Origin: a virus
Taxonomy: Duplodnaviria; Caudoviricetes
IMG/VR virus record: IMGVR_UViG_3300023109_001857
Span: 1 to 53,219 of that record
Length of the DNA: 53,219 bases
Direction: 5' to 3' (one strand)
A program made the position numbers and the translations under genes. This document shows positions 46,701-53,219 of this stretch, piece after piece. Position 1 is the stretch's first letter, and the number at the start of each line of letters is the position of its first letter. The notes under the pieces were generated by a model. The model did no database searches. It was not told where the DNA came from and worked only from the letters and a program-made list of their open reading frames with translations.

Positions 46701-49700
46701 GGTCAACTGGAAAAGTTTATAGACTGGGTAATGTAGTTAAATTTACAACTGGTCTGAATGTAACCACATATTACACACCGATCAAAGAGCACACCAGTCG
46801 CACAACATTTGATGCAGCAGAAATTGCAGAATACTGGAGAGTAATCGACGGTCCATCAACTGTAATACAGAATTTGCTTAACACAGTTAAATTTGCATTC
46901 AACAGTGAGTATAATCCTCCTTTGCGCAATGATCAAATAGATGTATTTTTGATGAACGATGCAACAATTGTTCGTAACTTAACTGTACAAGGGCATGGCG
47001 GGTTTATGTGTGTGCTTGATCCTGAAGGACAGGTACTAACTAAATCACCGTATATCCAAACTGGTTCAAGTTTCTCTCAATCACTTAACACGCAAGCGTT
47101 TAGAGGTGGACTGTTTGTTGATGCGTTTGTTGGTAATTCAGCAGTACAAGTTATTGAAAAAGTAGACGGCAGTGCGTTTAGATTAAAAATTCAAAGTTTA
47201 GGTTCGCCATCTGCACCACAAGGTTTGTTTGTAAGACGTCCTGAAACACCAAGTGCATTCTATATTGACGGCAGACGTTTCCAAGTTAATGCTGTTACAG
47301 CATACGATAAGACTTTGGGCACAGCAGAACTTATTCTATCACCTAACTCAAACAGCGGCGCAGGATTTACTGGTATTACGAGTGCATTAGCAACTGGAGT
47401 CGATTTAGACTCAATTGGCACATTTGAATTTGATAGTGTAAAGTGTGCTAGAGATACTGGATACATTTTAGACGGTATTACATTTGATGTTGCACTTGGT
47501 ACGAACTATAATAGTGTATACAACGGACTTGCTTATCAAAGAGCAACAGGCTCGTATGTACAAAATAATCAACAGACACAAACTGTACAAGCCATTACAA
47601 AAGGTAAAACTGAAGTAGCAGCACTTACAGAAATAGCAGATAGTGCAACAGCACTAGCAAGATCAAATGCAGGCTTTGATGAAGTTATTGATATTATCAA
47701 TAACGGTACACAGAGTGTAAGTGAGCCAGGAGACGGTGTTGCTGATGCACTTGCTTTTCCTAGCCCAGCAACACTTCCAACAACAGACGCAGATGACGCT
47801 GCTTCAAGACTACAAAACAACAGAGCATTTTTAGCAGCTGAAGTTGTTGCATTTGTAAACAACAATACTCCTCCAGCAGGATACAATCAAACTAAATGTG
47901 CTAGAGATGTAAGATACATTGTTGATGCATTAACATATGATATTCTTTATGGTGGTAACAGTGGTACAGTAACTAACGCTATGGCATACTTAGACGGTGC
48001 AGCAGCTCAGTTACCAGAAGCACAGAGACTTGCTACAGCAGCAGCATATGATCACCTAGCAACAGTAGTTGCAGCAGTTGTTACAGACGCAACAGGTGTC
48101 GCTACTACAACTCCACAAGTAGGAAATGCAGAAGTACAAGTTACAACAGGAGACGCAGCAACAGCAACAGAAGGTAATGCACTAGATGCACTATTGCAAA
48201 TTATTGAAAATGTTGTTACAGCAGGTAACTTAAACAGCTTGCCATTAGTTGTAACCCCAGATCTAACAACACTTGCAGTGAGTGCAGAGCTAACAGATGC
48301 AGCAAATGATGTTATTTCTAATAGAGCATTAATTATTAATCGTGTTCTACAGAGCATAGACGCACCATTGCCAATCACACTACAAACAGCTGGTAACAGA
48401 AGTATACTAGGCAACGACTTTACACAAGTTAATGACTTGGGTTACGGACTAGTTGCTGCCAACGGCGCACTAAGTGAAATGGTTAGTATGTTTACGTACT
48501 ACTGTCATGCTAGTTACTATTCAAAGAATGGTGCTGAGATTAGATCACTAACGGGTTCGAGCTGTTATGGTGAATTTGGTCTAGTTGCAGAAGGCAGTGA
48601 TCCAAACGAAATTCCAGATGCAGTTGAATTGTATCAAGATATGACACAGCCAATAAAGACATTTGATGCTGAGGCTATATTATTTACTACTGGATTTTTA
48701 ACACTTACAGCTGGTGAAACTTTGACGCAAGCAAGTTCAGGTGCAACAGGAGATGTAGCAGTTGCAACAAGTCAAACTGGCGGATCAAATGTAATTTATC
48801 TAACAAATCTCGGATCAGCTTTTGATACAACAAATACTATTACTGGCAGTGTAAGTGGCGCACTAGGTGCAGACAGTGTTCCTGTTACAATTGATGGAAA
48901 CGGATATGATAATGCCAAAGAAAGTCTATTTTTGTATGCCTACGATATGCAAGATCCACCATCAAACAGATCAGAAGTTAACATATATCATCCATCTCGT
49001 CCAGCATTTGCACGTTACGAAGTTGCAAACGCAGAACTAGTACAGCACATAGTCGGCGAATATCCATTGCTTGCAGAAACAACTGATTATACTGCAACTA
49101 AAGCAAATGGTACAGCTACAGGATTTGTATTTAATTTATACAAAACAATTGATGTAGGATATACTGCAACCTTCGCAGCAGCGAATGATGGTACAAACTA
49201 CACATTAGGTGATCAGTTTGTAGTAACTGGTGACAAACTAGGTGGTGCAACGCCTGCAAACGATTGTACAGTTACAGTTGCTACTGTCGACGGTACCGGA
49301 GCAATACTTACAGTTACGGTAGCAGGCACAATTGCAGTTGAAGCAAGTACTCCAATGTACAGTGGAAAAGTTTACAAACTAAACTTTAGTACCAGTGATA
49401 CACAATTTAGTGCAAATGGTTTGTTGGAGCCAGTGCCATTTAATACTAGTGTGGTATACTATCGTAACCAAACACACATTATTAGTGATTTGGCTCGACC
49501 AGATGTATTAACAATTCGTCCAAGTACAGCACTAACATTTGATGAAAATCCAGATCAAGTTTATAGAAGTATTAGTTTCTTGACCAGCGACAGTTTAGGT
49601 GATGAGTTACCTGTTAATACATCACAAGCAGGTCTTGATAGCACTTACGACTTTATTAGACTTACTGTTGATACGGCTAAAGCACAGGAAACTCCACTAT

Positions 49701-52465
49701 CAAGCACAGGTACTACCAAAGGTAATACTGCTGGAGACGTTGTACTAGCTGTTAAAATTTGCGATACTAACGAAATCTTCAGACTTAATAACAACGCAAG
49801 AACTCCAGCAAACAATAGACCTGCTGGATGGACAGCAGCCAGCTTAACGATTGAAGCTCCGATTATTACATGGGCTGGCAAAAAGCATTATGTGTTTAAC
49901 TATCGTGGTGTTGGCGCTGGAGATGTAATTGAAGAGCCAGGTGAAGATAACGTATACGCTATTGTTGATCTAGTTGATTATGATACTATTAATCAAACAG
50001 ATGCTACTGGTATTGCTAGTACAACAGTACTAGGTTCAGAAGTTGTTACAATTAGAGCAGGTCTTAAAGCAGGAGCAACAGGAAAAGTTACAGTTAATAT
50101 TAGTACTTGTCGTGCAACAGGTCATGACTTCCTAGATATCGGTACTGGTGGATTTAATACGTCAAACTATCCAAATGTTATTTTTGGTGAACCAGGCGAG
50201 AAGAAAGAAGCCAACGAAGTTGTTGAAAAAGGCAAGGGTCGTGTGTTCTATGTAAGTACAGACCAAAATGGTATCTTTAGAGTTGGTAGATTCTTTAGTG
50301 TGGACCAAGGTACTGGTACAGTTACATTCAGTGCAAGTCTTGCACTTAGTGATGTAGACGGACTGGGCTTTAAACGTGGTGTTGTTATTACTGAATTTAG
50401 TACAGACACAGCAATGGTTGACAACGCTTCAGATACAGTACCTACAGAAAGTGCTGTACGTGGCTATGTAAATAGACGCTTAGGCTATGATGTAACAGGT
50501 GCTCCTGTTGCTAACAAACTAGGGCCAGGTGTGCTTGCTCCAAACGGTGCTGTTCCAATGACAGATGATTTGAACGCAGCAGGTAGCACAATTACTAACT
50601 TGGCAGTTCCTGTTAATGATGCTGATGCGGCTACTAAGGCATATGTCGACAGCGGACGTGGCGACCTTGACGAAATTAAAAATTTACGCAGTGTCGAATA
50701 TAATAATATTGCAGCTAACCAATTACTAGTTTCAACAGGCAAAAAGAAATTAATACTTGAGGCAGGTAGTATATTAGGCGGCGGCTTTGCAGCAGGCGAT
50801 GTAATTACAGGATCTATATCTGGAGCAACTGGTACAGTTGTTGATGTTATTGACGGACTTGTTGGCATTGAAGGCAATATTGTAGAAATTACATATGATG
50901 TACTAACTGGTGTGTTCAGTGACGGCAAGCCTGCAGATGGTCTTGCAGCTGATGTACTTACAGCACCAGGTGGAAAACAAGGTAATGTAATTGATGGTCC
51001 GGTAGATGAATGGGCCAACGGAGTTGCATCACCAACTAGTGATGTTACTATTACTGCTACTAGAACAGCAGGCGCTGGTAGAGAAGTTGAACTTAACCTA
51101 GCTGTTACAGCAGGAGCTGTTGTTAATGCAGATGTATCAGGAACAGCACAAATTGCGCAAAGTAAACTAAACATGCTTGCTGCAACTACAAGAGCGGATG
51201 CCACAGGTATTTCACAATCTGATAGAGGACTTGCAAGTTTTGACGATGCTAAATTTGAAGTTACAGATGGTTGGGTAACTGTTAAAGCAGGAAGTGTTGA
51301 CCTAGCAGACCTAGAAAATATTGCAACAGATACAGTCCTTGGACGCAGTGCAGCTGGATCAGGAGCAGTAAGTGCAATACCATTTAGTACAGTAGTTGAT
51401 GAAGGTTTAGGTTTATTAGATGCAGACTTTATTACAGAAGTACTGCCAGCAAATGATCCAGGCGAAGCACTAATTAAAACAGGTGCAGGTACATATGGCA
51501 TTAGTAACGTAACCAAAACAGGTGAAGTTAACAGTATTGTTAAAACAGATGCTAACGGCACAATCCAAGCTAACTCACTAATACTTGGCGGTGATAGCAG
51601 CTATGAAGTATTAAGTTTGGATAGCTTGACACTACAAGTAAAAACACCATCACAAGGTTTGATATTTACAGCAGTTGGCGGAACGGGCGGCGGATCACCA
51701 ACATATCCAGATATGTTGGTACAAGGTAGTGTAGGCGTTGGCGGAACTACTATTAGTGAAAGTATTCTACAAAGTACATCAAACTTTACAGGTGAAAAGG
51801 TATTAGGCGTTGATTGGATATATTCAAGCTTTATTGAAGCTCCAGGCGAAAAAGGAGCAGCGTCTACAGCTATATCAATTGGTGCTAACACTGGTAAAAC
51901 AACAGCTGGTCAAGTAGGCATTGTTACTGCTGATACAGGATCAAGTTCAAGTGTTGTACCAGCTGTGTTTAGTTCATCTGGCATGCTGCCAGATACTGAC
52001 GATACATACGATATTGGTAGTGCAACTAAAAAATATGCAAATGTTTATGCAACATTGTTCCGTGGTACTGCTACTGAATCATACTACGCTGACTTGGCAG
52101 AGAATTACTTAGCTGATGCAGAGTATGCTCCAGGAACAGTTATCGAGTTTGGCGGAGATGCAGAAGTTACACAAAGCACAACACACGGTACACATCGTGT
52201 AGCAGGAGTTGTATCTACTAATCCAGCACACTTAATGAATTCACAATGTGAAGGAGACAATGTTGTTGCAATAGCACTACAAGGGCGTGTACCTTGTAAC
52301 GTAATTGGTAAAGTTGCCAAAGGCGATATGCTGGTAGCAAGTAATGTTCCAGGATATGCAGTTGTTAACAACACTCCAGCAGTTGGCAGTGTAATCGGTA
52401 AAGCACTTGAAGCTAAACTAGACGGTGAGCGCGGCACAGTTGAAGTTGTGGTAGGTAAACACTAA
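43724..52465 (+). CDS. Giant virion structural protein (baseplate/tail fibre, 2913 aa)
   Basis: N-terminal IGIEGNDGTGDSIRESFRKVNENF (T4 gp9/gp10-like), AATK.YVD motifs, four C.RD.G.I.D-type helical repeats, C-terminal ADLAENY...GRVPC..KGD.LV chaperone-like domain. Confidence 0.85.
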   Translation: MAKQQIDIGIEGNDGTGDSIRESFRKVNENFQELYAVFGIGGQISFTDLNDTPNTYEGNENKVPLVKSDGSGIDLLELASDNSLDGTPDTIGFDFTVDGKVIIKQLVSKVSNDPEPILGGPMDAATQPIANVSVTQAAIDTFNSVHGTNLTTGALVIDKAFADRNYQAKEVAGGGLRLGNEPADESNYIFSTTNISLGYLNIPAHGLTTAYNGAGFKFVSSGTDPFGVTTNGTYYVRIIDTDNIALYNSESDAINATGRIALAGGSGTFTITDAAYDANLEGYWLENVAIPRKSIVRRQGDDMTGALNLFDHPGELSGTGLPNGPDDLQAATKLYVDNAASVTNVNLFVSTSGSDQQTFTPDGKEGRAPAYAFRTINAAARKAEELIIAAPPEPGPYMQTMTYATGGNTALTNTVGITSPIADRANARAIIVANKEFIAKEVTGYVDATFPDFAGTYDLEICQRDVGFILDSVSLDALLGNNANYLSRWAGIRYYSNVSAQKAIGSQRVETIAGIEYAKSIVTQYILTNTPVPTTYQTRVPQVTNLALPDSSADETIGAKMDIVLDVINNGVLDAPQIVDGQTTYKININNGGLGFINQANPENTDIIPGKVVRGKNSGATARIVDYKYEAGPRAVSVSGTDEIEVQLLEPVEFVAGEPLEYGNYVRETQISIRVESGIYEEDYPIRIPANVSVKGDEFRRCIVRPKKRVSQSRWANTFFYRDAEFDGLVLGKSNIETVAFDPQTDASRTAGTYAVSTWTTDKLGVDAEFSIVVDGNGTITSITVTNSGDQFQHGERLTVLDDQLGGGGAGSITFTIASVPNGIEYINPLTGKADGYFGYHYLTQPELLKNTGAGYENVGKWETNALTLIDNKEFIQEQVVNYIETTYPALVGSYSRQKCFRDTGLIVDALVKDLRNGGNEFALEAQGEYYAGAVEVGTEDETVAGIQHIYTMASKLILGQSPTTLYNQAGGDASDRLYAEDLFNGSGEPDAWSTGKVYRLGNVVKFTTGLNVTTYYTPIKEHTSRTTFDAAEIAEYWRVIDGPSTVIQNLLNTVKFAFNSEYNPPLRNDQIDVFLMNDATIVRNLTVQGHGGFMCVLDPEGQVLTKSPYIQTGSSFSQSLNTQAFRGGLFVDAFVGNSAVQVIEKVDGSAFRLKIQSLGSPSAPQGLFVRRPETPSAFYIDGRRFQVNAVTAYDKTLGTAELILSPNSNSGAGFTGITSALATGVDLDSIGTFEFDSVKCARDTGYILDGITFDVALGTNYNSVYNGLAYQRATGSYVQNNQQTQTVQAITKGKTEVAALTEIADSATALARSNAGFDEVIDIINNGTQSVSEPGDGVADALAFPSPATLPTTDADDAASRLQNNRAFLAAEVVAFVNNNTPPAGYNQTKCARDVRYIVDALTYDILYGGNSGTVTNAMAYLDGAAAQLPEAQRLATAAAYDHLATVVAAVVTDATGVATTTPQVGNAEVQVTTGDAATATEGNALDALLQIIENVVTAGNLNSLPLVVTPDLTTLAVSAELTDAANDVISNRALIINRVLQSIDAPLPITLQTAGNRSILGNDFTQVNDLGYGLVAANGALSEMVSMFTYYCHASYYSKNGAEIRSLTGSSCYGEFGLVAEGSDPNEIPDAVELYQDMTQPIKTFDAEAILFTTGFLTLTAGETLTQASSGATGDVAVATSQTGGSNVIYLTNLGSAFDTTNTITGSVSGALGADSVPVTIDGNGYDNAKESLFLYAYDMQDPPSNRSEVNIYHPSRPAFARYEVANAELVQHIVGEYPLLAETTDYTATKANGTATGFVFNLYKTIDVGYTATFAAANDGTNYTLGDQFVVTGDKLGGATPANDCTVTVATVDGTGAILTVTVAGTIAVEASTPMYSGKVYKLNFSTSDTQFSANGLLEPVPFNTSVVYYRNQTHIISDLARPDVLTIRPSTALTFDENPDQVYRSISFLTSDSLGDELPVNTSQAGLDSTYDFIRLTVDTAKAQETPLSSTGTTKGNTAGDVVLAVKICDTNEIFRLNNNARTPANNRPAGWTAASLTIEAPIITWAGKKHYVFNYRGVGAGDVIEEPGEDNVYAIVDLVDYDTINQTDATGIASTTVLGSEVVTIRAGLKAGATGKVTVNISTCRATGHDFLDIGTGGFNTSNYPNVIFGEPGEKKEANEVVEKGKGRVFYVSTDQNGIFRVGRFFSVDQGTGTVTFSASLALSDVDGLGFKRGVVITEFSTDTAMVDNASDTVPTESAVRGYVNRRLGYDVTGAPVANKLGPGVLAPNGAVPMTDDLNAAGSTITNLAVPVNDADAATKAYVDSGRGDLDEIKNLRSVEYNNIAANQLLVSTGKKKLILEAGSILGGGFAAGDVITGSISGATGTVVDVIDGLVGIEGNIVEITYDVLTGVFSDGKPADGLAADVLTAPGGKQGNVIDGPVDEWANGVASPTSDVTITATRTAGAGREVELNLAVTAGAVVNADVSGTAQIAQSKLNMLAATTRADATGISQSDRGLASFDDAKFEVTDGWVTVKAGSVDLADLENIATDTVLGRSAAGSGAVSAIPFSTVVDEGLGLLDADFITEVLPANDPGEALIKTGAGTYGISNVTKTGEVNSIVKTDANGTIQANSLILGGDSSYEVLSLDSLTLQVKTPSQGLIFTAVGGTGGGSPTYPDMLVQGSVGVGGTTISESILQSTSNFTGEKVLGVDWIYSSFIEAPGEKGAASTAISIGANTGKTTAGQVGIVTADTGSSSSVVPAVFSSSGMLPDTDDTYDIGSATKKYANVYATLFRGTATESYYADLAENYLADAEYAPGTVIEFGGDAEVTQSTTHGTHRVAGVVSTNPAHLMNSQCEGDNVVAIALQGRVPCNVIGKVAKGDMLVASNVPGYAVVNNTPAVGSVIGKALEAKLDGERGTVEVVVGKH

Positions 52466-52617
52466 TGGACAAGAAAGCAGTAGACAAACTAATTAAGGCT
52501 GGTGTAAAAGCCAGCAATGACACTAAAAATCCGCAGGGTAGGCAAGTTGTCCACACTGCGGGTAAACTAAGAATACAAGTAAACAAGGGAGCAGACCGTG
52601 GCCAAACAAACCGTTAA
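52465..52617 (+). CDS. Small basic hypothetical protein (50 aa)
   Basis: TAATG overlap with the giant gene; MDKKAVDKLIKAG... Confidence 0.45.
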   Translation: MDKKAVDKLIKAGVKASNDTKNPQGRQVVHTAGKLRIQVNKGADRGQTNR

Positions 52618-53219
52618 TTTAGGGACTAGTGCAAACAAAGGTGACGGTGATCCGTTGCGCACAGCATTTGATAAGGTAAATGATAACTTTACAGAAGTAT
52701 ATAGTTTACTGGGTGCAGAAGGTGGAGATGTCGACGATGTCGTTGCACCAATGCTCGTACACAGTGATCACACAAACGTTACTGTAACAAGAGACGATGC
52801 TGCTAATAAAATAATTTTTAGTGTAGATCCATATGACGGAGACATTACAGGTAGTGTGTTTGGTGATGATAGTACAGTACTTGTAGATGGTGTTAACAAC
52901 ACAATACCTAAAGCAAACATTGAAGATAGTGCAAATTGGGATGCAGCATTTGGTTGGGGCAATCACACAGCTGGTGGATACGCTCCACAAACAACAACAT
53001 ATACAAAGACAGAAGTTGATTCAGCAATATCTGCTGTTTCGCTAGACGGTGATTTTACAGGCAGTGTGTTTGGTGATGATAGTACTGCACTTGTAGATGG
53101 AGTTAGCAATAAGATTGTTGGTCCAGTAGATACAGCAAGTGTAGATGCAGTAAGTTTAAGAACAAGTGCGACAAGTATAGCACTTGGTAGAGATGCAGGT
53201 AAAACTAATCAAGCAAACC
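52598..53219 (+). CDS. Virion structural protein (3' truncated)
   Basis: GTG start after AAGGGAG; AKQTVNLGTSANKGDGDPLRTAFDKVNDNFTEVY; repeated GSVFGDDST.LVDG. Confidence 0.8.
   Translation, partial: MAKQTVNLGTSANKGDGDPLRTAFDKVNDNFTEVYSLLGAEGGDVDDVVAPMLVHSDHTNVTVTRDDAANKIIFSVDPYDGDITGSVFGDDSTVLVDGVNNTIPKANIEDSANWDAAFGWGNHTAGGYAPQTTTYTKTEVDSAISAVSLDGDFTGSVFGDDSTALVDGVSNKIVGPVDTASVDAVSLRTSATSIALGRDAGKTNQAN

Noticed and set aside
50485-51561. Long minus-strand ORFs inside groEL, the 1068-aa gene and the giant structural gene
   Set aside because: Antisense shadows caused by codon bias of the plus-strand genes; no recognisable motifs

Overview
53 kb segment of a large, AT-rich, T4-like/jumbo tailed phage genome, standard genetic code, with almost all genes on the + strand. 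The host is probably an aquatic heterotrophic proteobacterium (inference from the heme oxygenase/bilin reductase pair, the FleQ-like HTH and the sigma70 promoters). It carries: a host-takeover and proteostasis set (bS21, GuaC, GroES/GroEL, Hsp20, ClpS, ClpP, TilS, ArfA-like peptide, IscA); a heme oxygenase plus ferredoxin-dependent bilin reductase pair split by a nitrilase-family gene; a three-gene secreted low-complexity module; ATP-dependent DNA ligase; a two-subunit type II topoisomerase; QueD; UvsE; a heme-c/copper monooxygenase-like protein; seven CCA-ending tRNAs; and large virion proteins. About 15 near-consensus sigma70 promoters and many TAAATA late-promoter motifs are visible, several placed to give leaderless mRNAs. 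Top finding: an apparent ribosome-mediated transcription attenuator (28478-28671). Its 22-codon leader peptide contains CAA CAA/CAG, TGG and CCA CCA codons and sits, with 1:2, 2:3 and 3:4 alternative hairpins, directly upstream of tRNA-Trp(CCA), tRNA-Pro(TGG) and tRNA-Gln(TTG). This suggests a phage sensor that switches on its replacement tRNAs when those codons are starved. Also notable: a covarying ROSE-like thermometer before both groES and hsp20, a tRNA-Ser with ACT anticodon, a tRNA-Trp with a long variable arm, a pseudoknot upstream of queD, and a stand-alone FleQ-like HTH beside a palindromic operator. All product calls come from motif recognition by eye; no searches were run.
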